This document shows, one piece after another, positions 1-6,959 of a stretch of DNA of 64,000 bases. The notes beneath the pieces were generated by a model. The model saw only the letters and a list, made by a program, of their open reading frames with translations, was not told the DNA's origin and ran no database searches. Both the position numbers and the translations under genes were made by a program. The stretch covers positions 2,545-66,544 of the forward strand of contig CANRIN010000004.1 in NCBI GenBank assembly GCA_947630675.1. The letters run 5' to 3'. Position 1 is the stretch's first letter; every line of letters starts with the position of its first letter. Source of the DNA: an uncultured Clostridia bacterium. Its GTDB lineage: Bacteria; Bacillota; Clostridia; Oscillospirales; JAAYOS01.

Positions 1-111
1 GAAAGCGGGTATTACGGCGATAAGGGCTTGCTGGAGCGATGCACAGAGATAAAACGTATCCTGATAGCCTCACTTAATACCGCAAAGAAAGACGTCAAAA
101 GTGATGACTGA
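1..111 (+). CDS. 3' end of an unidentified CDS entering from upstream of the window
   Basis: Frame 1 is open from nt 1 to TGA at 109-111 (...KKDVKSDD*). Only 36 codons are visible, so no family can be assigned. Confidence 0.3.
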   Translation, partial: ESGYYGDKGLLERCTEIKRILIASLNTAKKDVKSDD

Positions 112-162
112 AAACATCCGACCGGCACTTGACATCCGGGCGGATATTTTTTCGCAAAGTTG

Positions 163-191
163 TTGACAAGTGTAGACAAACCTGTTATAAT
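163..191 (+). promoter_or_regulatory. sigma-A type promoter of the blaI-blaR1-like operon
   Basis: TTGACA (163-168), 17-nt spacer, TATAAT (186-191), about 38 nt upstream of the blaI ATG. Confidence 0.6.
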
Positions 192-206
192 TTGATTACA
201 GATGTA
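165..206. promoter_or_regulatory. Candidate BlaI/CopY-type operator half-site palindromes (TACAnnTGTA) overlapping the promoter
   Basis: TACAgaTGTA at 197-206, just downstream of the -10. A degenerate copy, gACAagTGTA at 165-174, overlaps the -35. The TACA/TGTA dyad is the known recognition motif of the BlaI/MecI/CopY family. Confidence 0.5.
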
Positions 207-228
207 GACAGAAAGGAGTGTATATCAA

Positions 229-618
229 ATGGATGAAAAAAATATAAGCCTTACTCCCGCCGAGTGGAGCGTGATGGAGTGCCTGTGGGAGCGGTCACCG
301 ATGACCGGGCGCGAGCTCACCGATGCCATGCGCGGGCAGTGCGGCTGGAGCCGTTCGACGACGCTGACGCTCCTCGGCCGGATGGAGGCCAAGGGCGCGG
401 TCGCGGGTGACACAGAGAGCGGGAAGAAGTCTTTCCGCCCGCTCGTGGGGCGGGATGAGATAGCCCTGAAGGAGACAGAGGACTTCCTCGACAGAGTCTA
501 CAACGGCAGCCTCAGCCTGCTTGTGAGCTCCTTTACAAAAAAACAACCGCTCTCCCAGAAAGAGATAGATGAGCTCTACGACATACTGAAGAAAATGGAG
601 GAGGACAGAGATGCTTGA
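229..618 (+). CDS. BlaI/MecI/CopY-family winged-helix transcriptional repressor
   Basis: 129-aa ORF with an AAGGAG RBS at 212-217. The N-terminal wHTH pattern (LTPAEWSVMECLW...TGRELTDAM...WSRSTTLTLLGRMEAKG) is typical of penicillinase-repressor proteins. It overlaps the downstream M56 peptidase gene by 8 nt. Confidence 0.9.
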   Translation: MDEKNISLTPAEWSVMECLWERSPMTGRELTDAMRGQCGWSRSTTLTLLGRMEAKGAVAGDTESGKKSFRPLVGRDEIALKETEDFLDRVYNGSLSLLVSSFTKKQPLSQKEIDELYDILKKMEEDRDA

Positions 619-3600
619 GTGGATAGTTTCTTCTACACTGCTCATCCTCGTGGTGGCGGCGCTCCGCGCCGCGCTGAAAGGACGCATAAGCCCGCGCCTT
701 CAGTACGCCCTCTGGCTGCCGGTGCTGCTGCGCCTGCTCATCCCGGTGAGCTTCGGCTCGTCACAGGTGAGCGTAAACAATCTGGTGCGGGTAGCCTCCG
801 GCACAGAGACGGGGCAGGCGATAACCTCCTTCTCGCAGGCAGAGCTTCCGCGTATGACCTACAGCGCCGCATATTCCGAGGTATCGCGCGAGTATGAGGA
901 AAGAGGTGTCGACATCTCGGCGCTGCCGTCCGCAGAGCGAGAGGCGGCTGACCGCGAGGTGCTTTCGCGTATGAACGGAGGGCTTACCGTCCGCGAGATG
1001 CTGACCGTCGTGTGGGCGGCGGGAGCCGCCGCAGTAGGGTGCGCGTTTGTTTTCTCAAACCTGCGATTTTACGCGTGTCTCAGAAGATCGAGAAAAAAGC
1101 TCGGAACGCGCGGAACGCTTGACGTGTACGTCTCCGGGGCGGTCGAGACGCCCTGCCTCTTCGGCCTTGTCCTGCCCTCGATATACGTCACGCCGGAGGC
1201 GGCGGAGAACGCTGCCGCGATGCGCCATGTCACCGAGCACGAGCTTACGCACTTCCGCCACGGCGACAACGTATGGTCGCTGCTGCGCGGCGTGTGCCTC
1301 GCGCTCCACTGGTACAACCCCTTCGTCTGGTGCGCGGCGCTGCTTTCGTGCAGGGACTCCGAGCTCGCCTGCGACGAGGCGGCGATAAAGCGCCTCGGCG
1401 AGAGCGAGCGCGCCGACTATGGCAGAACGCTCATCGGCATGACCTGCCGCAAGCGCCCAAATCTCTTCGGTTTTGCCACCACCATGACCGGCAGCGGCAG
1501 GAGCATTAAGGAGCGCGTCATATTTATCGCAAAGAAGCCGAGGACGACCGTGCTTGCGCTTATTGCGGTGCTTATAGTCGCGGCTGTCGCGGCGGGATGT
1601 ACGTTTACCGGGGCGAAGGAGCCGGCGGAGGACGCGCTTGCCGTCTTCGACTTCTCGCTTTACGACCGCCTGGCGCGCTCCACTTACGACGACATAGTGG
1701 AGGAACTCGGACTTTCCGGGGACGAGGCGGAGCTTGATATGGGCGGCCTCTTTATCGACTCGGTCGAGTATAGGGGGCGGGAGTTCGGCGAGTGGCTGAA
1801 CTTCATGTCGAAGCTCTCCGGCTCGGATTTCCCGGATGAAGCCGTGCCGACGCTTAACAACATCGCCTACAACTACTTTCTGCCGGAGGGCAGCGAGGAT
1901 GAGGCGAAGGAGGTCGTGGCAGAGCTGTATAACGACCTCACGAAGAAGTACGGCAGCCCCGTCATACAAGACACCGTCGCGAAAATGCTCGCGGGCGACG
2001 ACGTCGATTTCTGCGGCGCAGGGTGGGCCTTCCCGGATAACCCCTACTATACGCTGTCGCTTGTGGGAGAGTTTGGGCAGGGCGGCTGCACGGTGCGCCT
2101 TTCATGCACTCCCGGACCGATGGCGTTCATAGCCGGTGCGGAGGACCCGGAGACGGCGGAGATAACGGTGGACGAGAGCGGCGTGCCGTATATCCGATAT
2201 TCTCCCGAGGAGGAGTGGGTGCGCCTCGGTGAGCCGATAGCGCCGCCAAAGGAGTGGGCGACTGATGTCGACGGCGGCGGCGAAGGGCTTGCCGGCCGGA
2301 ACGAGGCTTCCGCGCTCTTTGTTTATCCTGATACCACCGAGCTGTGGGCGCGGCTCGTCTCTCAAACAGACGGATGGCTCGTCGCCTGTTGCCCGCGCGG
2401 GGTCTCGTCGGCGGACACATACGTCTACAAAACGGAGGACGGAGGCGTCACCTGGATCGAGACCGCGCGGCCCGAGGAGGGCTGGCTTGTGGGCGCGGTC
2501 GGATTTATAAACCCCGAGCGCCTGATAGTCGCAAAACGTCTCTTTGACGGCGCTCCGTGCTTCATCACAAAGGACAGCGGCGGGACATGGGATGAGATCC
2601 CTCTTCCCGGAGAGAACCTTCAAGTGCGGTCGATAACGGTGGACGGCAGCACCGTTTCCATGGAGGTCGGGCCGTCCGAGGCTTCGCCTGAGTGGTACGT
2701 TATGACCTCCCGCGACCTAGGCGACACATGGGAGACGGCGGAGGTAACGGTGTCGGACTACGCTTCCCTCGGTCCCATGGTGGACTACGCCGAGCAGCGC
2801 GCATCGGATGCGGAGTCGGTCACGGTGTCATACTTCCGTGAGGATGGAAAGCTCACCGAAACGGTGCGGGACACCGTCGCAGACGCCCGCGCAGTCGGTC
2901 TGCAAAAGCTCGGCGAGCTGGACGGCCTCGCGCCGGACGGAACGCTCGAACTCTGGGAGTGGTACCTTGAGATAAAGCCGACGAACGCCGGGGGACGCGA
3001 GATAGCCCCCATCGGCGGCGAATACGTCACGGAGGACGGCTACCTCGGCGAGGGAAGCGGCGTGTTCACGATAGCGCTCCAACGGGACGACGGCGGTTTC
3101 GAGGTCCTCGCCGAGCCGGAGCCGGTGTTCTTCGGGATGTACCGCTACACGGTGGAGGAGTCGCTGTACGACTGGTACGTCACCGAGTACGGCATGGACG
3201 AACTGCCGCTCTATGTCGAGGACTGGGCAGACCGCTTGACCTTTCCGGAGGGCGGCGGCTTCGGAAGCTTCCCGGCCCACCGCTATGACGGCGACGGGTG
3301 GTACATATACATCCCGGTAGAAGCGTGGACGCCCGCGGAGGCGGACGGGAGCGAAGCGGCGTGGGAGTCGGAGTACGGCACCGGCTCGACGGTCTCGGTG
3401 TCCCGCTCCGAAAACTCCGTCGAGGATGAGGAAAAGCAGCTCCTAGAGCAGGGCTTTGAATCGTCGGACGGCGGTGTCTACGAGAGAGATGCCGACGGCG
3501 TGCACGAGAGCTGCCGGCTCTTCTCGGCGGGGTCCGGGTGCCTGTGCGTCCGCACGGTCTGGACCGAGGACGGCGTCACCGAATACCCGTATATCGCGAT

Positions 3601-3661
3601 AGAGCCGGAGGTGCTCCGCCTGATTTCGGAGAGCTTCGCGGCGCAGGTTTACTCCTTCTGA
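611..3661 (+). CDS. BlaR1/MecR1-like M56 family membrane zinc-metalloprotease with a very large non-PBP C-terminal extracytoplasmic domain
   Basis: 1016 aa with N-terminal TM helices. The HEXXH motif is HELTH at nt 1238-1252, followed by FRHGDN as in peptidase family M56. An extra TM lies near aa 315 (TTVLALIAVLIVAAVAAGC). The C-terminal ~685 aa carry three Asp-box/BNR motifs (TEDGGVTW, TKDSGGTW, SRDLGDTW). Confidence 0.85.
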   Translation: MLEWIVSSTLLILVVAALRAALKGRISPRLQYALWLPVLLRLLIPVSFGSSQVSVNNLVRVASGTETGQAITSFSQAELPRMTYSAAYSEVSREYEERGVDISALPSAEREAADREVLSRMNGGLTVREMLTVVWAAGAAAVGCAFVFSNLRFYACLRRSRKKLGTRGTLDVYVSGAVETPCLFGLVLPSIYVTPEAAENAAAMRHVTEHELTHFRHGDNVWSLLRGVCLALHWYNPFVWCAALLSCRDSELACDEAAIKRLGESERADYGRTLIGMTCRKRPNLFGFATTMTGSGRSIKERVIFIAKKPRTTVLALIAVLIVAAVAAGCTFTGAKEPAEDALAVFDFSLYDRLARSTYDDIVEELGLSGDEAELDMGGLFIDSVEYRGREFGEWLNFMSKLSGSDFPDEAVPTLNNIAYNYFLPEGSEDEAKEVVAELYNDLTKKYGSPVIQDTVAKMLAGDDVDFCGAGWAFPDNPYYTLSLVGEFGQGGCTVRLSCTPGPMAFIAGAEDPETAEITVDESGVPYIRYSPEEEWVRLGEPIAPPKEWATDVDGGGEGLAGRNEASALFVYPDTTELWARLVSQTDGWLVACCPRGVSSADTYVYKTEDGGVTWIETARPEEGWLVGAVGFINPERLIVAKRLFDGAPCFITKDSGGTWDEIPLPGENLQVRSITVDGSTVSMEVGPSEASPEWYVMTSRDLGDTWETAEVTVSDYASLGPMVDYAEQRASDAESVTVSYFREDGKLTETVRDTVADARAVGLQKLGELDGLAPDGTLELWEWYLEIKPTNAGGREIAPIGGEYVTEDGYLGEGSGVFTIALQRDDGGFEVLAEPEPVFFGMYRYTVEESLYDWYVTEYGMDELPLYVEDWADRLTFPEGGGFGSFPAHRYDGDGWYIYIPVEAWTPAEADGSEAAWESEYGTGSTVSVSRSENSVEDEEKQLLEQGFESSDGGVYERDADGVHESCRLFSAGSGCLCVRTVWTEDGVTEYPYIAIEPEVLRLISESFAAQVYSF

Positions 3662-3686
3662 AGCAGTTGATCGAAGAAACTTCGGA

Positions 3687-3728
3687 AAGCCCCAAACGGC
3701 GGTCTGCCGTTTGGGGCTTGCTTTCGTT
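3687..3728 (+). terminator. Rho-independent terminator after the blaR1-like gene
   Basis: 12-bp GC-rich stem (GCCCCAAACGGC 3689-3700 with GCCGTTTGGGGC 3706-3717) followed by a T-rich tail. Confidence 0.7.
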
Positions 3729-3741
3729 CACGATTTGCTTA

Positions 3742-3771
3742 TTGACTCGCACGGGGGCGCAGGGCTATAAT
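3742..3771 (+). promoter_or_regulatory. sigma-A type promoter for the transglutaminase-like lipoprotein gene
   Basis: TTGACT (3742-3747), 18-nt spacer, TATAAT (3766-3771). Confidence 0.5.
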
Positions 3772-3804
3772 GATTCCCGGAAATCTTTTTGAGGAGAAGA
3801 TAGG

Positions 3805-5160
3805 ATGAAAAGAATTGCGGCGGTCTGCCTGCTTTTCATATTGATTTTTACGTCCTGCGCCGAGAAAAGCGAGGTGCGGGAACCGTCAGCGGAACAGCTT
3901 GCGGCCGCCGTGCTCGCGAGTCAGGATACTCTTCCGCCGCTCTACGCCGTGCGGTACGGTGAGGACGGCTTTGAGGACTACGCCTCGCTGTACCTCACGG
4001 ACGTCTCGGGCGTCACGGACGGCGTGATATGCTATCCCTACGGCGTGGACGCGACCGAGCTCGCGGTGCTCCGCTTTGCGGACGCGGACGCGGCGGAGAC
4101 TGGCGAAGAGAGCATGACGGACTATCTTCTCTCCCGCGCTTCCGCGTTCGAGGGCTACGCTCCCGAACAGGCGGCGCAGGTTGAGAACGGCAGGGTAGTC
4201 CGCGACGGGCGAACCGTCCTGCTCGCGGTCTTCCGCGACACGGACGCGTCCGTTGAGGCGTTTGAGGCGTGCATAGACGGCGCGGCGCCGTCCGGGACGC
4301 TTGATTCTCTGCTTGCGGCTTCGCCGTCGCCGAGCGTGGAGCCGACGAAGGAGCCATCGGCAGAACCGACGCCTGCGGCCACAGAGGAACCGACAGAGGA
4401 GCCGAAGGTCACGGAGGAACCGAGCGCTGAACCGGCATCCTCGGAGCCTTCGGGAACCGAGCCGAGCGCGGCGCCGTCCGAAGTGCCGCCAGAGACCGCG
4501 GCGCCGTCCCCGGCAGAGGAGGCTTCCGCCGAACCGTCCGGAGAGGTTTCGTCCGAGCCGGAGATATATCCTCCCTCGCCGGATGACTTATATGACCACG
4601 ACGCGGTGCTCGAGGCATACCGAAGCGGGGACGCTTCCGCGCTCTCTCCGAAGAACGCCGCCATCTACGAGTGCGTCACGGAAGCGATAGCGGAGCATAT
4701 CAACGACGGCATGAGCGACTACGAAAAGGAACTCGCCGTACATGACTACATAATAGACTGCGGGGAATATGACCGCGCGGTGCTCTATCCCGGTTTCGGC
4801 TCGCCGGACCCGGACAACTCAAATCCGTACGGAACGCTGATAAACGGCAGCGCGATATGCTCCGGATATTCAGGCACGTTCCAGCTGTTTATGGACATGC
4901 TCGGCATTGAGTGCGTCACGGTGAACGGCACGGCGAACGCCGAACGGGAGGATCACGCGTGGAACATGGTGCGCCTCGGCGGGGAGTGGTACTGCGTCGA
5001 CGTGACGTGGGACGACCCTGTGGGGCTCGTCACGCACAGCGCCTTCGAGCGCCATCAGTATTTCAACGTCACGAGCGAGTATCTGCGCGCCACCGGCCAC
5101 TATTGGGAAGAAGAGAACGTCCCGGAAGCAACAGCGACGGAGTTTGCGTGGAAGCATTGA
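3805..5160 (+). CDS. Lipoprotein with a C-terminal transglutaminase-like cysteine-protease-fold domain
   Basis: 451 aa. Signal peptide with lipobox (LIFTSC). Pro/Glu/Ser-rich low-complexity linker (nt ~4320-4570). The C-terminal core has the Cys...His...Asp pattern of the transglutaminase-like superfamily (AICSGYSGTFQLFM...EDHAWNMV...WYCVDVTWDD). Confidence 0.8.
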   Translation: MKRIAAVCLLFILIFTSCAEKSEVREPSAEQLAAAVLASQDTLPPLYAVRYGEDGFEDYASLYLTDVSGVTDGVICYPYGVDATELAVLRFADADAAETGEESMTDYLLSRASAFEGYAPEQAAQVENGRVVRDGRTVLLAVFRDTDASVEAFEACIDGAAPSGTLDSLLAASPSPSVEPTKEPSAEPTPAATEEPTEEPKVTEEPSAEPASSEPSGTEPSAAPSEVPPETAAPSPAEEASAEPSGEVSSEPEIYPPSPDDLYDHDAVLEAYRSGDASALSPKNAAIYECVTEAIAEHINDGMSDYEKELAVHDYIIDCGEYDRAVLYPGFGSPDPDNSNPYGTLINGSAICSGYSGTFQLFMDMLGIECVTVNGTANAEREDHAWNMVRLGGEWYCVDVTWDDPVGLVTHSAFERHQYFNVTSEYLRATGHYWEEENVPEATATEFAWKH

Positions 5161-5360
5161 CCCGATGCGCCGGTGTAGGCCTCACCTCTGACTTAAGACC
5201 CACAACCAAAACCGCCAGCACAGGACAAACCTGCGTCACAACAACATCGAACGATTCCTGCGTCGTAGAATTCACAATCCGGTTCAACGCTCCGACTATA
5301 AGCGTAATGCAGATGCTTTCACTAGGAGATGGAACTGTCGGTTCTATGCAGAAAGAATAA

Positions 5361-5396
5361 GCGGGGAAGCTGATACCAGCTTCCCCGCTATTTTTG
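5361..5396 (+). terminator. Rho-independent terminator
   Basis: GCGGGGAAGCTG (5361-5372) pairs with CAGCTTCCCCGC (5377-5388), followed by TATTTTT. Confidence 0.7.
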
Positions 5397-5430
5397 GCGT
5401 GGTAGAGACTTGATATGTAGAAAGAGGGGT

Positions 5431-5473
5431 ACATAGGGGAGAAAACTGGTTTTCTCCCCTATGTGTGTTTTTG
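5431..5473 (+). terminator. Second terminator-like hairpin
   Basis: 15-bp stem ACATAGGGGAGAAAA / TTTTCTCCCCTATGT (5431-5464) followed by GTGTTTTTGG. Confidence 0.6.
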
Positions 5474-5475
5474 GC

Positions 5476-5730
5476 TACTTTTTGCACAAGCAAAAAGTAG
5501 TGCCGGACGCGGGGGCGCAGCCCCCGCATGGTGCCCGTGAGGCTCTGCCTCACTTAGGGACGCGGGGGTCGCCCCGCAGATTCCCGCGGGGCTTCCCCGC
5601 TAGAGGGGTGTGGGGCACAGCCCCGCAAAGGTAGTGATGAGGCTCAGCCTCACTTCAGGACGCGGGTCTCGCCCCGCAGATTCCTGCGGGGCTTCCCCGC
5701 TGGATGGGTGTGGGCGGTATGCCCGCCATA
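5476..5730. repeat. Hairpin array containing a ~99-nt tandem duplication (units 5537-5635 and 5636-~5730, with a partial third copy upstream)
   Basis: Direct comparison shows GTGAGGCTCTGCCTCACTTAGGGACGCGGGGGTCGCCCCGCAGATTCCCGCGGGGCTTCCCCGCT... repeated as GATGAGGCTCAGCCTCACTTCAGGACGCGGGTCTCGCCCCGCAGATTCCTGCGGGGCTTCCCCGCT.... Each unit is a string of 4-5 short GC hairpins. Confidence 0.7.
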
Positions 5731-5732
5731 TA

Positions 5733-5767
5733 TAAAAAATTCCCCGGTTCACACCGGGGGATTTTTC
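5733..5767. terminator. Bidirectional terminator hairpin
   Basis: CCCCGGT (5742-5748) pairs with ACCGGGG (5753-5759), flanked by an A-run upstream and a T-run downstream. It lies immediately 3' of the minus-strand micro-ORF. Confidence 0.6.
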
Positions 5768-5770
5768 AAT

Positions 5771-5854
5771 TCATATCTTATCTCTTCTGTGGCGAAGTAT
5801 CTCGAAGACCACGGCGATCGGGAAGAAGATCGCGGCAATTTTCAGTATCAGCAT
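5771..5854 (-). CDS. Candidate 27-aa hydrophobic micro-protein (MLILKIAAIFFPIAVVFEILRHRRDKI)
   Basis: Found by hand; it is below the ORF-track cutoff. ATG at 5854, with GAAGGA RBS-like purine tract just upstream. One TM-like helix plus a basic C-terminus. TGA at 5771-5773, followed directly by the terminator at 5733-5767. Confidence 0.35.
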   Translation of the reverse strand: MLILKIAAIFFPIAVVFEILRHRRDKI

Positions 5855-5918
5855 ACTTTTTCCTTCTTTCGGGGGAGTATCGCGGACATGAAGGACTGCC
5901 GCGTAAATTCATGTAAAT

Positions 5919-5947
5919 ATAATAACATACATCGCGGCGTCTGTCGA
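5919..5947 (-). promoter_or_regulatory. sigma-A-like promoter upstream of the 27-aa micro-ORF
   Basis: Minus-strand TCGACA (5942-5947), 17-nt spacer, TATTAT (5919-5924). Confidence 0.35.
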
Positions 5948-5992
5948 GAAATTTTTAATATTCCGCGAACCACCGCCGAAATATGTATTTCG

Positions 5993-6574
5993 CTACGCCT
6001 TGCAGCGCTTAAGCCAGGACTGCCGCCACTCGCTGCGGAGGATGGAGTAGACCTCGAGGTCGTGCCACGTACCGTCACGGTGGTGCCACGCCTCGCGGCG
6101 GACGCCGTCCCGCGTCATGCCGCACTTTACCATGACGCGCCCGCTCCTTGGGTTGTGCGCGTCGTGCTCGGCTTCTATCGCGTGGAATCCGACGGTTCCG
6201 AACAGGTAGTCGATGACCGCCGAGAACGCCTCCGGCATTATGCCCTTGCCCCAGTGGTGATGAGCGAGGCAGTAGCCGATAGTGGCGCGCTCGTTCCGCT
6301 CGCGGACCCGCACGACCGAGATGTTGCCGACTATCTCGCCCTCGTACTCTATCGCCCAGTTGTAGTGGTCGAGATCCTCATACTGCGCGCACCAGATGTC
6401 GAGCAGAGACCTGGTCGCGTCAGAGGAGGCGTGCGGGTCCCACGACAGATATTCGGTGACGACGGGGTCGCCCGCCCAGTTTGCAAACATCATCTCCGCG
6501 TCCTCGGGAACGAAGCGGCGGAGCTTCAGCCTGTTAGTCTCGAGTTCGACCGTGCCGGTATGGTTGAGTGCCAT
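5993..6574 (-). CDS. GNAT family N-acetyltransferase (RimJ/RimL-like)
   Basis: The start is trimmed to ATG 6574 (MALNHTG...), which has an AAGGAG RBS. ETNRLKLRRF...DAEMMF and IGYCLAHHHWGKGIMPEA are typical of ribosomal-protein-serine acetyltransferase-like GNATs. Confidence 0.85.
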   Translation of the reverse strand: MALNHTGTVELETNRLKLRRFVPEDAEMMFANWAGDPVVTEYLSWDPHASSDATRSLLDIWCAQYEDLDHYNWAIEYEGEIVGNISVVRVRERNERATIGYCLAHHHWGKGIMPEAFSAVIDYLFGTVGFHAIEAEHDAHNPRSGRVMVKCGMTRDGVRREAWHHRDGTWHDLEVYSILRSEWRQSWLKRCKA

Positions 6575-6671
6575 GGTAATTTCTCCTTTGAACAGTATTT
6601 GTTTTGGCAGGCAGATGCCGAAGACATCGGAATAATTGAAGATCACAGGGAGAGAGCGTGCGTGTAAAAAT

Positions 6672-6714
6672 ATAAGGCGGTGTGGTAACTATACGCGCCA
6701 CACCGCCTTTTTGA
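6672..6714. terminator. Bidirectional terminator hairpin
   Basis: AAGGCGGTGTGG (6675-6686) pairs with CCACACCGCCTT (6699-6710), with T/A runs on both sides. It lies 3' of the 31-aa micro-ORF. Confidence 0.6.
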
Positions 6715-6732
6715 TGTTATATTTTTTATAAC

Positions 6733-6828
6733 TCAAAAGAACGATGCAGGCGGCAAAGCCGATACGGCGTTAAAGCCTATCGACATCATGACGGTAACTA
6801 TGCAGTTGTGAGTATGTATGGAAAACAT
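6733..6828 (-). CDS. Candidate 31-aa micro-protein (MFSIHTHNCIVTVMMSIGFNAVSALPPASFF)
   Basis: Found by hand. ATG at 6828 sits 8 nt downstream of GGAGG (6837-6841). It has its own promoter (6857-6885) and terminator (6672-6714). TGA at 6733-6735. Confidence 0.4.
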   Translation of the reverse strand: MFSIHTHNCIVTVMMSIGFNAVSALPPASFF

Positions 6829-6856
6829 ATCTGAAACCTCCGTCTGCTGTAACTTA

Positions 6857-6885
6857 ATCATATCATCACCGGAGCCGATTGTCAA
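6857..6885 (-). promoter_or_regulatory. sigma-A type promoter of the 31-aa micro-ORF transcription unit
   Basis: Minus-strand TTGACA (6880-6885), 17-nt spacer, TATGAT (6857-6862). Confidence 0.5.
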
Positions 6886-6959
6886 CCGAATAAGAAAATT
6901 TCATTGTTTGTTCAAAGTCTGCTCTGTACTTCCGTTCGTTCATATGATATAATATCGGT

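Noticed and set aside
5476-5730. CRISPR array at the hairpin-repeat regions (also 51091-51657 and 59754-60350)
   Set aside because: No constant-length direct repeat alternates with unique spacers, the units are ~99 nt or irregular, and there are no cas genes in the window.
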